Below the pieces are notes generated by a model. That model worked only from the letters and a program-made list of their open reading frames with translations, did no database searches and was not told the DNA's origin. A stretch of 61,842 bases of DNA from Actinomycetes bacterium (GTDB lineage Bacteria; Actinomycetota; Acidimicrobiia; Acidimicrobiales; Microtrichaceae): the NCBI GenBank assembly GCA_030621865.1, contig JAUXGW010000001.1, forward strand, positions 1-61,842. The letters run 5' to 3'. Of this stretch, positions 9,846 to 19,772 are shown in pieces. Both the position numbers and the translations under genes were made by a program. The stretch's first letter is position 1. Each line of letters starts with the position of its first letter.

Positions 9846-10591
9846 GGTGAATCCCCGAGCCGTGCCCGCAGATGCAACAGTGCCTTGGTGTGGATCTGGC
9901 TTGCCCGGGACTCGCTCACGTCGAGCACCCGGCCGATCTCCAGCAACGTCATGCCTTCGTAGTAGTAGAGCGCCAGAACGGTCTTCTCCCGTTCCGGGAG
10001 GTGTGCCACCTCTGATGCGAGGACCTGGCGGGTTTCGGCCAACTCAAACGGACTCATCGCCGTTGGTTGGCCATCCACGATCATGTCCGCCAGGGAACCG
10101 GAGTCATCAAGGGCAGCCATGCGGACCTGGGAGATCTCCGTGAGAGCCGTGTTCAGTTGGGATTCGGTCCACTCCAGCTCAGCCGCCAACTCGTTGTCGG
10201 CGGGCGATCGGTGCAGCGTGGATTCAAGTGCCGAAATGGCCCCGTGAATCAGTCGCATCTTGTGGCGTAATGCCCGCGGCACCCAGTCGACCCGACGAAG
10301 TTCGTCGAACATCGCACCTCGAATGCGACTCATGGCGTAGTTCTCGAATCTGATTCCTCGTGGCGGCTCAAATCTTTCGATCGCCTCGATCAAGCCGAAG
10401 ATGCCGTAGCTGAGCACGTCAGCCTGCTCCACTGACGACGGAAGGTTCGCCATCAAACGACCGGCCACGAACTTGACCAGGGGTGAATACCAGATGATCA
10501 GGGCATCACGGTCCTGATTGTCTCCGGATTCCTTGAATGTCGACCACAGACGGTCGATCTCTGAAGCATCGATCTCTGAAGCGGAGTCCAT
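9842..10591 (-). CDS. whiG: Group-3 sigma factor of the FliA/WhiG type
   Basis: 249 aa. Region 2 'LIIWYSPLVKFVAGRL...DVLSYGIFGLIEAIERFEP..GIRFENYAMSRIRGAMFDELR'. Region 4 'LPEREKTVLALYYYEGMTLLEIGRVLDVSESRASQIH'. Sits next to rpsB as whiG does, as I recall, in Streptomyces. The 569-aa track ORF is an artefactual extension. Confidence 0.85.
   Translation of the reverse strand: MDSASEIDASEIDRLWSTFKESGDNQDRDALIIWYSPLVKFVAGRLMANLPSSVEQADVLSYGIFGLIEAIERFEPPRGIRFENYAMSRIRGAMFDELRRVDWVPRALRHKMRLIHGAISALESTLHRSPADNELAAELEWTESQLNTALTEISQVRMAALDDSGSLADMIVDGQPTAMSPFELAETRQVLASEVAHLPEREKTVLALYYYEGMTLLEIGRVLDVSESRASQIHTKALLHLRARLGDSP
10555..10584. repeat. 15-nt tandem duplication (x2, 14/15 identity) at codons 3-12 of the sigma gene
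   Basis: cgatctctgaagcat (10555-10569) and cgatctctgaagcgg (10570-10584). Encodes ASEID-ASEID. Confidence 0.85.
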
Positions 10592-10593
10592 GG

Positions 10594-11481
10594 TCACTTC
10601 GAACGCGGATGGGTCTCGTTGTACACCGACTGGAGCCGTTCCCGACTGACATGGGTGTAGATCTGTGTGGTCGCCAGATCGGAATGCCCGAGCAACTCCT
10701 GCACCACTCGGAGGTCTGCTCCCCCATCCAGCAGATGTGTTGCAAACGAATGCCGCAGCGCATGTGGATGGGTGGGCACCGGCGACCGGGCGTCGAGCAC
10801 CCGCCGAACGTCGCGCGTTGTCACTGGATTGCCGCGCATGTTCATGAACAGCGTGTCTGCGCCCGAGTTCGTTCCGCCCATGAATTCGAAACGGGCGGAC
10901 CCCAACCACAACCCGAGTGTGCTCCGGGCCGGATCCGACATGGGAACAACCCGTTGCTTGGAACCCTTGCCCCATACGGTGAGCCGTCCCTGACGAAGAT
11001 CCACGTCCGAGGGAACGAGCTTGCAGAGTTCCGACACCCGAAGCCCCGATCCGTAGAGCAGTTCCAGGATCGCGGCGTCCCTCACGCGTTTCGGCTCCCA
11101 CTCCCCGGTGTCGGCGGGTTCGTCGAGCATCTGATGCAGTTCGTCGGCGCGCAGCACTTCCGGGAGCTTCGAGGGACCTGACGGCGAGCGCAGCGCCACC
11201 GAAGGATCCGAGTCGATCAGACCGCGCCGCTGGGCCCATCCGAAGTACCGTCGCAGCGAGGATGCCGAGCGAGACATGGTTCTGGCCGCCAGACCCAAGG
11301 TCTTCAGATAGGCCAGGTAACGACGGAGCACGGCCAGGTCGACCTGACTCGGCGAAGTGATGCTCCCTCGACCACACCACTCCTCGAACCGCCTGAGATC
11401 TCCCTGATACGCGTTCACCGTGCTCGCTGCCAATGCGAGCGAATCGGTGAATTTTTGGAATTCCCAGTCTGGAGCTGTCAC
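10594..11481 (-). CDS. xerC: Tyrosine recombinase XerC/XerD family
   Basis: 295 aa. N-terminal SAM-like domain, C-terminal 'HALRHSFATHLL..GADLR.VQELLGH....TTQIYTHV'. GTG start verified. Its stop lies 2 nt before the sigma ATG. Confidence 0.9.
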   Translation of the reverse strand: MTAPDWEFQKFTDSLALAASTVNAYQGDLRRFEEWCGRGSITSPSQVDLAVLRRYLAYLKTLGLAARTMSRSASSLRRYFGWAQRRGLIDSDPSVALRSPSGPSKLPEVLRADELHQMLDEPADTGEWEPKRVRDAAILELLYGSGLRVSELCKLVPSDVDLRQGRLTVWGKGSKQRVVPMSDPARSTLGLWLGSARFEFMGGTNSGADTLFMNMRGNPVTTRDVRRVLDARSPVPTHPHALRHSFATHLLDGGADLRVVQELLGHSDLATTQIYTHVSRERLQSVYNETHPRSK

Positions 11482-11547
11482 GGGTGATCCTGAACGTGAA
11501 TGACAAGCCTCGCAGATTGAGGCTCCTCACGGGGGAATCTCTGCCGG

Positions 11548-12675
11548 TCATCGGGTCGCCTCTATCCAGCCATCACGGTTCCGGGCGATCCTGGCTCGCT
11601 CCAGTTCTCCTGCTGCCGCAGCAATTCTGGCGAAGTCCATTCCCGTGGCTGACATCGCCGAGTCGAAAGCGAGTGGGGCTTCCATCAGTTGGTCCAGCAG
11701 CAGCCGGGCGTCAGTCGACAACGCGTCCTCAGCCGAATGCGTGCCAGTGGAAAGGGGATCGGGGGAAAGGGATTTCGTGTCGCTGGTTTCGGGTGCCACC
11801 AAACCCAGAAGGCTCAGCACGTCGGCCGCACCTGTGCACATGTGCGCGCCGTCACGAAGCAACTCCAGGCAGCCGGCCGAGGCTCTACGGTTGAGGGGAC
11901 CCGGCACCGCCATCACCTCAACACCGCGCTGCAAGGCCTCGCTGACGGTGAGCATCGAGCCGCCGGCAGGAGCCGACTCGATCACCACGACAACATCGGC
12001 AACTGCGGCGATGATCCGATTTCTGGCCGGATACCTCCAGGGCGCAGACGAGGTGCCCGGGGGAATCTCGGACCAGATCGCTCCGCGGTCCCGGACCTCC
12101 GAGGCGATTGCACGATTCCGGGCTGGACAAGGTCGGTGATGTCCCGCGCCCAGTATCGCGAGCGGCGCAGCGTGCCCGCACAGAGCACCACGGTGTGCGG
12201 CCGCATCGATTCCAAGCGCGAGACCGGAGACAACCGACACGCCGGCTTCGGACAGTTCCGCTCCAAGTGCCTCTGCAATGCCGAGACCGTACGGTGTGGC
12301 TTTGCGAGTTCCGACGATCGCAACCGTGGGTGTTTCCGGAGTCGGAAACTCATTGGCGAGTCCGCCCTGCACGAACAAAACCGACGGCGTGTCCACGCTG
12401 TTGCGCAGACGTTCCGGTATCTGTTGAACGGACAGTACCGCCACCTCCAGGCGTTCGAGCCTCTCTGTCATCAGTTCAGGTGGCGACTTCCGCGCCTGTT
12501 CCTTCCATCGGTCGGCGAAGTCCCGGAAGTCCCGCAACGATCCCGAGACGATGCGGGACCAGGTTTCCACCGGGTCTCCAAGTTCAGCGAACCGTTGCAG
12601 TCGGGCGGGACCCACTCCCTCCAACGCAGCCAGGGCGGCCCAGTGAACTCCGCTGATGTCGTTAAGGGGTTTCAT
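11548..12675 (-). CDS. dprA: DNA processing protein DprA (Smf)
   Basis: 'VAIVGTRKATPYG...A..L...GV.VVSGLALGIDAAAHRGAL'. Start taken at ATG 12675 (MKPLNDISGVHW), after the yifB stop. Confidence 0.9.
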   Translation of the reverse strand: MKPLNDISGVHWAALAALEGVGPARLQRFAELGDPVETWSRIVSGSLRDFRDFADRWKEQARKSPPELMTERLERLEVAVLSVQQIPERLRNSVDTPSVLFVQGGLANEFPTPETPTVAIVGTRKATPYGLGIAEALGAELSEAGVSVVSGLALGIDAAAHRGALCGHAAPLAILGAGHHRPCPARNRAIASEVRDRGAIWSEIPPGTSSAPWRYPARNRIIAAVADVVVVIESAPAGGSMLTVSEALQRGVEVMAVPGPLNRRASAGCLELLRDGAHMCTGAADVLSLLGLVAPETSDTKSLSPDPLSTGTHSAEDALSTDARLLLDQLMEAPLAFDSAMSATGMDFARIAAAAGELERARIARNRDGWIEATR

Positions 12676-12714
12676 GTGGTTGAGGGCTTCATGTGGTTGA
12701 GGGGTTTCATGTGA
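12666..12714. repeat. Triplicated 17-18 nt unit spanning the yifB stop and dprA start
   Basis: Plus strand: ggggtttcatgtggttga (12666-12683), gggcttcatgtggttga (12684-12700), ggggtttcatgtga (12701-12714). On the coding strand each copy carries ACATGA. Confidence 0.9.
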
Positions 12715-14209
12715 CAGACGCCAGAGCCGTGGTACCGCCACGGAGCGCGAGCGCCTGCTCCATGGTGATTGCGTCGATCGGGGGCTCAGCGCCGGCCAGA
12801 TCCACCAACGTGAGGGCCACGGCCCTGGAACGACTGGCACCCCTCATGGTGAGGGTGCCGGCGGCCAGTCTGGAGCGAAGTACGTCTTCGGCTTCCGGCA
12901 ACAGCGGCGCATGCTTCTCAAGTTCGCGACCACGCAGGAATCGATTGGCAGCCACCCCTCTCGCGTGGGCTCGCAGCCGAGCGGCTGACACGCGACTGCG
13001 AACACTTGCCGAGGATTCCCCCGGGGTGGGATCAAAAGCGGTGGCCGCGGCCGGTGGCGCAACACCGAGCCGCAAGTCGAAGCGATCGATCAACGGCCCG
13101 GACAACCGGCGGGCGTACCGGGCGAGCTGTGCCGTGGAACAGCGGCAGTCACCCCACTGGCCCACTCCGCAAGGGCAGGGGTTGGTGGCAGCCACCAGCA
13201 GAACCCGCGCCGGAAGCTCCACAGACACGGCTGCCCGGCTGATTCTGATCACGCCGCTCTCCAGGGGTTGTCGAAGTGCGTCGAGATGGGCTGCGGGGAA
13301 CTCACCGAGTTCATCAAGGAAGAGAACACCCGACGACGACAGGCTCACCTCGCCCGGGCGAACCATGGAGGTGCCACCACCCACGAGCGCCGTCAGCGAA
13401 GCCGTGTGATGCGGAGCGCGGTGTGGTGGGCGGGTCATGAGTGTGGTCGGCCCACTCAGGCGACCGGCGGCAGAGTGAATGCTCGTGACACCCAGGGCTT
13501 CGGAGTCCTCAAGGTCCGGAAGAAGACCACACAGACGCTCCGCCAGCATGGTCTTGCCTGCTCCGGGCGGGCCGACCATCAGAAGGTGGTGAGCTCCAGC
13601 TGCGGCAACCTCGAGAGCCACCCGTGCCACGGGCTGACCCCGAACCTCCGACAGATCTGACTCGGAAACACGTATTTCGGGTGCCGGAATCGGGTCTGGC
13701 TCATCCCACGGCTGTTCACCCGCAAGCCGCTCCAGGACTTCGACGAGAGATCGGGCACCCACAGCATCAGGGCGCACCAAGCGGGCTTCGGACAGGCTCT
13801 TCAGCGGCACCACGGGTCGGCCGTCGCAAACACTGGACAGTGGCAAGATCCCGGCAACCGGTCGGATGGAACCGTCGAGTCCCAACTCGCCGAGGAATCC
13901 CCAGCCTTGAAGGTCTTCCACCGGAATCTGTTTGTCGGCTGCCAGCAACGCGACAGCCATGGCCAGGTCGAGCGCCGAACCGACCTTGCGGGTATGCGAG
14001 GGCGCAAGGTTCACGGTCATCCGGGACTGGGGCCATGCCTTCCCCGATGAGATCATTGCGGAGCGGACCCGGTCCCTGGCTTCGCGGCAGGTGGTGTCGG
14101 GCAGGCCGACCACGGTGAACCCGGGAACCCCCGCGGAGGTGTGAGCCTCCACCTGGACTCGGTGACCATCCACTCCGAGGAGCGTGGCTGATGGAACGGT
14201 TGCGAGCAT
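12707..14209 (-). CDS. yifB: YifB/ComM family Mg-chelatase-like AAA+ ATPase
   Basis: N-terminal Lon-like domain 'LLGVDGHRVQVEAH...GLPDTTCREARDRV', Walker A 'MVGPPGAGKT', 'GVLFLDELGEF', C-terminal Mg-chelatase domain. ATG 14209 has GGAGG 6 nt upstream. Confidence 0.9.
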   Translation of the reverse strand: MLATVPSATLLGVDGHRVQVEAHTSAGVPGFTVVGLPDTTCREARDRVRSAMISSGKAWPQSRMTVNLAPSHTRKVGSALDLAMAVALLAADKQIPVEDLQGWGFLGELGLDGSIRPVAGILPLSSVCDGRPVVPLKSLSEARLVRPDAVGARSLVEVLERLAGEQPWDEPDPIPAPEIRVSESDLSEVRGQPVARVALEVAAAGAHHLLMVGPPGAGKTMLAERLCGLLPDLEDSEALGVTSIHSAAGRLSGPTTLMTRPPHRAPHHTASLTALVGGGTSMVRPGEVSLSSSGVLFLDELGEFPAAHLDALRQPLESGVIRISRAAVSVELPARVLLVAATNPCPCGVGQWGDCRCSTAQLARYARRLSGPLIDRFDLRLGVAPPAAATAFDPTPGESSASVRSRVSAARLRAHARGVAANRFLRGRELEKHAPLLPEAEDVLRSRLAAGTLTMRGASRSRAVALTLVDLAGAEPPIDAITMEQALALRGGTTALASVT

Positions 14210-14485
14210 TACTGCCTCCGGAACATGGAACGGGACATGAAAGCAGAGGATGCTGCGAGCCGAATCGAGTGATGATCGAGCCGGTGCCGCGACCCTATAG
14301 ACCTGTCGTGACAAACGTCGGCAACCGCCGCGGGTACCACTACCCGCTCACCAGCGTCGATAATGGAGCGTGGGATTCAATCCGCAGCGCCCCCAGAAGA
14401 AGTCCAAGTCTGATTACGTGTTTGTCGCAGGTGCCCTGATGGTGGCCGCAGCACTTCTCGTCTGGGCCTTCATCGGATAGGGAAC

Positions 14486-14704
14486 GTGGCGAAACATCTG
14501 GACTACACAGCTACCGCCGATTGTGATGTCCGGCGCGTACAACCTTACGAAGCCCACAAGGCCTACCTGTGTCCGGGCTGCAATCGGGATATCCCGCCCG
14601 GCATGGGCCACATGGTTGCGATACCCCTTGATGCACCGGACCTGAGGCGCCATTGGCACAGGGGCTGTTGGGACAAACGCCTGACCCGGGCACCGCGCCA
14701 CTGA
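14486..14704 (+). CDS. Small conserved-looking zinc-ribbon-like protein (72 aa)
   Basis: CPGC...H..H.GC ligand pattern ('YLCPGCNRDIPPGMGH...RRHWHRGCW'). GTG start. Coding-like composition. No family assigned. Confidence 0.5.
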   Translation: MAKHLDYTATADCDVRRVQPYEAHKAYLCPGCNRDIPPGMGHMVAIPLDAPDLRRHWHRGCWDKRLTRAPRH

Positions 14705-14722
14705 ATCCCAAGTCACTGATCC

Positions 14723-15079
14723 CTACTGGGCACCTTCGATGACGGTCACGTCCTTGCCGATGACCGCGGCGAGGTCGAGCCTGATCCGCTGGACTCCGGC
14801 CGGCCGTTCGGAGCGGACGAACGCGCCGGTGGCTGCGCGCAGTCGGGCCCAGCGTCTGGCGCTGATTGCCTCCAGTGGTGATCCGAAACGGGTTGATGAC
14901 CTCGTCTTCACCTCACAGGCAGCAAGGATCCCGTCCCTGATGACCACAACGTCGAGCTCGCCATCCGGACAACGCCAGTTCCGGGCCAGGATCTCGTAAC
15001 CGGCGCGGCGATACCACTCACAAACCCGGTCTTCACCCCAGCGGCCGAGTGCCAGATGATCGTGTTGGTGTCTGGACAT
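14723..15079 (-). CDS. yraN: YraN-family (UPF0102) endonuclease
   Basis: 'GRWGEDRVCEWYRRAGYEILARNWRC..GELDVV......L..CEVKTR' matches the YraN core. Confidence 0.85.
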   Translation of the reverse strand: MSRHQHDHLALGRWGEDRVCEWYRRAGYEILARNWRCPDGELDVVVIRDGILAACEVKTRSSTRFGSPLEAISARRWARLRAATGAFVRSERPAGVQRIRLDLAAVIGKDVTVIEGAQ

Positions 15080-15169
15080 GTGTTCCTGCTCCTGTCACGG
15101 CAGACGCGCCGAAAGAAGGTGAGGGAACGCAGTGCTCCGAGCAGAGGAAGAATCCGGGCTGGGAAGGAA

Positions 15170-15514
15170 CTAGTCGCGCAGTTCGCGAACGCGCGCGGCC
15201 TTGCCGATGCGGTCACGCAGGTAGAACAGCTTCGCCCGGCGGACATCGCCGCGGGTGAACAATTCGATCTTGTCGATGATCGGTGAATGCAACGGGAACG
15301 TGCGCTCCACGCCAACGCCGTTGGAAAGCTTGCGGACCTTGAAGGTCTCCTGGAGGCCACCGCCCTGACGGGCAATGACAACACCCTGGAACACCTGGAT
15401 GCGCTCCTTGTTGCCCTCGACCACCTTCACGTGCACCTTGAGCGTGTCCCCGGGTGAAAACTCGGGGATGTCGCTGCGCATGCTTGCCTGGTCGATGAGA
15501 TCGGTGGACTTCAT
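15170..15514 (-). CDS. rplS: 50S ribosomal protein L19
   Basis: '[59 protein letters not shown]'. Confidence 0.97.
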   Translation of the reverse strand: MKSTDLIDQASMRSDIPEFSPGDTLKVHVKVVEGNKERIQVFQGVVIARQGGGLQETFKVRKLSNGVGVERTFPLHSPIIDKIELFTRGDVRRAKLFYLRDRIGKAARVRELRD

Positions 15515-15601
15515 TTCGGTCTCCTGGTGCGGCTCACGTGGCCGCGTACACGAACGGGCAATGATAGCGCCGTGTGCTCCTGAGGCCCAAGCGGACGCCG
15601 G

Positions 15602-16336
15602 TCACCCGTCGAGATCATCCAACTCAGCCAGTAGATCCGACTCGGATTCGGTGAGACCACCCCGCGCCTCGATCAGTTCGGGACGCCGATCCAGTGTCCG
15701 CTGAAGCGCCTCTGCTCGACGCCAGCGCCCGATCCGGGCGTGATTGCCGCCGCGGAGAACCTCGGGAACGGTCCAACCCCGATACTCGGCGGGGCGGGTG
15801 TACTGCGGGTACTCGAGGAGACCATCGCTGAACGATTCGTCCTCCGTACTCGTTTCGTTGCCCATTGCGCCCCGCAGGAGTCGGGTCACCGATTCCAGGA
15901 TCACCATTGCTGCAACTTCGCCTCCGTTGAGGATGAAGTCACCAACCGAAACCTCACGATCAACGAGGTTCTGATGAACTCGTTCATCGATTCCCTCATA
16001 TCGACCGCAGATCAATGTGAATCCGTCGAGTGAGGCCAGCTCAGCCGCCATCGCCTGATCGAAGGTTTCGCCGGCCGGACCCAACAGGATCACCGGACGC
16101 GGAACTCCCTGGTTCTCGATGGTCCGACAGATTGGGTCCACCGTCATGATCATTCCGGCGCCGCCCCCGAATGGAGCATCGTCGACACTGCGGTGCGGGT
16201 CATCGGTTTCGTCGCGCAGATCGTGCAGACGCAGATCGACAATGCCGTTGGTGCGGGTTTTCCCGAGCAATCCCTCCGAAGCGAAGGAGTCGATCAACTG
16301 CGGAAAGATCGTCAGCACGTCAATGCGCATGGACAC
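15602..16336 (-). CDS. trmD: tRNA (guanine37-N1)-methyltransferase
   Basis: 'MRIDVLTIFP', 'DDAPFGGGAGM', 'LICGRYEGIDERV', 'SVGDFILNGGE', 'GGNHA.I..WR'. Confidence 0.96.
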   Translation of the reverse strand: MSMRIDVLTIFPQLIDSFASEGLLGKTRTNGIVDLRLHDLRDETDDPHRSVDDAPFGGGAGMIMTVDPICRTIENQGVPRPVILLGPAGETFDQAMAAELASLDGFTLICGRYEGIDERVHQNLVDREVSVGDFILNGGEVAAMVILESVTRLLRGAMGNETSTEDESFSDGLLEYPQYTRPAEYRGWTVPEVLRGGNHARIGRWRRAEALQRTLDRRPELIEARGGLTESESDLLAELDDLDG

Positions 16337-16354
16337 TCCTGTGGGTCTGACTGC

Positions 16355-16852
16355 TCAGAGATCGAACAAGCCGTCGGGTACGTCCACTGTCACTCGACCG
16401 TCGGTTGGGCCATCGATCAGGAACACCACGGGAACCAGCTTGCCCGATTCGAGCACGAGAAGGTCGGAGGCCGGATTCTGCTGCACCGAGATGACCTCTC
16501 CGCGTTCGGTCCCGTCAGGCTCCACCACCATCGAACCAACGAGTTCGTGAACCCAGAGTTCATCGGGGTCATCGAGGGGCGGGGCCCACAGGACTTCCCC
16601 CCGGTATCGCTCAGCGGACTCCTTCGAGTTGCAGCCGTCGAAACGGATCAGCCAGCGATTCTGATGACGGCGGGACTCCACGATCTCGGCCCGGCCGGAT
16701 GACAGCTCATAGATCGCCCCGGGAACCACACGTTCTGCACGGTCGCTGAGCATCTGCACGGCCACCTCGCCGCGCAGCCCATGTGGCTTGACAACTTTTC
16801 CGACCTCGAGCAGCCCGGCCTCGGGAGGTTCGGGATTCCTGGGAGGGTTCAA
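16355..16852 (-). CDS. rimM: 16S rRNA processing protein RimM
   Basis: 'LEVGKVVKPHGLRGEV' N-terminal barrel and PRC-barrel C-terminus. rpsP-KH-rimM-trmD-rplS order. Confidence 0.9.
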   Translation of the reverse strand: MNPPRNPEPPEAGLLEVGKVVKPHGLRGEVAVQMLSDRAERVVPGAIYELSSGRAEIVESRRHQNRWLIRFDGCNSKESAERYRGEVLWAPPLDDPDELWVHELVGSMVVEPDGTERGEVISVQQNPASDLLVLESGKLVPVVFLIDGPTDGRVTVDVPDGLFDL

Positions 16853-16875
16853 GAGCTGTCGATTCGCCGGAATCG

Positions 16876-17145
16876 TCAGTCGACGAATTCGATGTCGACC
16901 TCAATGCCGTCCCGGATGGCTGCTGCACGGGTGACGGTGCGGATCGCATTGGCCATGCGGCCACGCTTGCCTATCACCCGGCCCATGTCGCCGTCGGAAA
17001 CGGTTACGTTCAGCTGAACCCGGGAGTCGGCGTCGTCAACGCTCACGGACACACCATCGGGATCATCAACCACCGACCTGGTGACGTGTTCGAGGGTTGC
17101 CACCGCGTGGGACGGAACCCGATTTCCAACATCTGCATCACTCAT
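16876..17145 (-). CDS. KH-domain RNA-binding protein (UPF0109/YlqC-like)
   Basis: 'V...D......L.V...DMGRVIGKRGR.A.AIR'. ATG at 17145 verified, downstream of the rpsP stop. Confidence 0.85.
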   Translation of the reverse strand: MSDADVGNRVPSHAVATLEHVTRSVVDDPDGVSVSVDDADSRVQLNVTVSDGDMGRVIGKRGRMANAIRTVTRAAAIRDGIEVDIEFVD

Positions 17146-17152
17146 GGACAAC

Positions 17153-17425
17153 TCACTTCTTGGACTTGCTGGCCTGGAACTGATCCCAGGTGCCACTGAT
17201 CTCGAGGAGCTTCTGGACGCGCTCGGTCGGGAGTGCGCCCTCGGAAAGCCACTTCAATGCCTTCTCGTCGTCGACCTTGATCGCGGACGGCTCGAGCAGC
17301 GGGTCATAGGTGCCCAGGATCTCGAGGTAACGGCCGTCGCGGGGAGAACGCGAGTCAGCCGCCACGATGCGGTAGCTGGGTTGCTTTTTCTTTCCCACTC
17401 GGGTGAGGCGGAGTCGAACTGCCAC
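17153..17425 (-). CDS. rpsP: 30S ribosomal protein S16
   Basis: '(M)AVRLRLTRVGKKKQPSYRIVAADSRSPRDGRYLE.LG.YDP'. GTG at 17425 verified. The track ORF is over-extended. Confidence 0.95.
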   Translation of the reverse strand: MAVRLRLTRVGKKKQPSYRIVAADSRSPRDGRYLEILGTYDPLLEPSAIKVDDEKALKWLSEGALPTERVQKLLEISGTWDQFQASKSKK

Positions 17426-17533
17426 GGTCTTTGTCTTTCTTCTTCTGTCGATCTTGTTGTTCGGGCGCCTGTTTCCGGGCGACTGTCCATGATGGTCTGC
17501 CGGCACCGCCAAGGCAACTTGTGAGGCCGACCG

Positions 17534-19015
<1,482 letters not shown>

Positions 19016-19099
19016 CGACCCACGAACCTACAACCGATGAAACCACCGGCACTAGCTGCCTCCGGAACATGCGCCCCACGAACGGTGTTGACTTGGTGC

Positions 19100-19753
19100 A
19101 TGGAACAACTTGTTCTCGATATCTGGTCCGATGTGATCTGTCCGTGGTGCTACCTCGGACATGTCCGTCTCAAGGAAGCCATCGAGATCACGGGGCTGGG
19201 TGATGAGGTGTCCCTGCGGTGGCGGGCGTTCCAGCTGGATCCCCGGGCCACTTCGACGCCGGGCGACTTGCGGCAGGCGATCGAGCAGAAATACGGCCCG
19301 GGAGCCTTCGATGCGATGGCCACCCGACTGGATCAACTGGGGACCGAAGCCGGAATCAACTACCGGTTCGATCTCGCCCAGCGAGTCGGGACCATGGACG
19401 CACATCGCCTGATCCAGTGGGCACAGAACGAATCCGATCCACCTGACGCTCTCGTTGATCGCCTGTTCCGGGCTTACTTCACCGAAGGTGCCAACATCGC
19501 GGATCGCCATGACCTGGCCGACCTGGCCCAGGACGCGGGGCTGGACCGGGCCGGGGCTGTGGCAATGCTCGCCGGTGACGAGTACCGCGAGATCGTGGTG
19601 AACGACCATCAAGAAGCAATCGAGAACGGCATCACAGGTGTTCCAGCCCTGTTGTTCAGGGGCGCACTGATCATTCCGGGTGCCCAGGATGTGGACACCA
19701 TGGCCAGGATCCTCACCCGGGTCCACTCCAAGGTGACGACCGCGGTCCCCTGA
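19100..19753 (+). CDS. DsbA/FrnE-family thiol-disulfide oxidoreductase
   Basis: 'DIWSDVICPWCYLG' CxxC at the N-terminus, '..GVPA..F'. Start taken at the internal ATG 19100. Confidence 0.8.
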   Translation: MEQLVLDIWSDVICPWCYLGHVRLKEAIEITGLGDEVSLRWRAFQLDPRATSTPGDLRQAIEQKYGPGAFDAMATRLDQLGTEAGINYRFDLAQRVGTMDAHRLIQWAQNESDPPDALVDRLFRAYFTEGANIADRHDLADLAQDAGLDRAGAVAMLAGDEYREIVVNDHQEAIENGITGVPALLFRGALIIPGAQDVDTMARILTRVHSKVTTAVP

Positions 19754-19772
19754 ATCCGCGGTCCCCTGAATC
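19741..19772. repeat. Perfect 16-nt tandem duplication (x2) containing both stop codons of a convergent gene pair
   Basis: cgcggtcccctgaatc occurs at 19741-19756 and 19757-19772. The DsbA-like TGA is at 19751-19753. The MOSC stop (complement) is at 19771-19773. Confidence 0.95.

Noticed and set aside
9842-11551. 569-aa ORF suggesting a giant sigma-factor fusion
   Set aside because: Only the last 249 codons (from ATG 10591) are sigma-like. The upstream 320 codons are an out-of-frame overlap of xerC with Arg/Pro/Gly-rich nonsense sequence.
14352-14363. GTCGATAA resembling the sigma-28/WhiG -10 element (GCCGATAA), upstream of the micro-ORF and zinc-ribbon gene
   Set aside because: There is no TAAA-like -35 element at the required spacing of about 15 nt (the sequence there is GC-rich 'ccgc'). 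A single 7/8 match is expected by chance.
14210-14485. Largest non-coding gap, examined for a tRNA or small RNA gene
   Set aside because: No cloverleaf-compatible stems or conserved T-loop (GTTCGAATC-like) are seen. It is better explained as the divergent promoter region plus the candidate micro-ORF.
14699-14723. CACTGAATCCC ... CACTGATCCC, a possible duplication of the zinc-ribbon gene stop (second TGA in frame)
   Set aside because: It is only 10-11 nt with an indel and is plausibly chance, so I did not count it among the tandem duplications.
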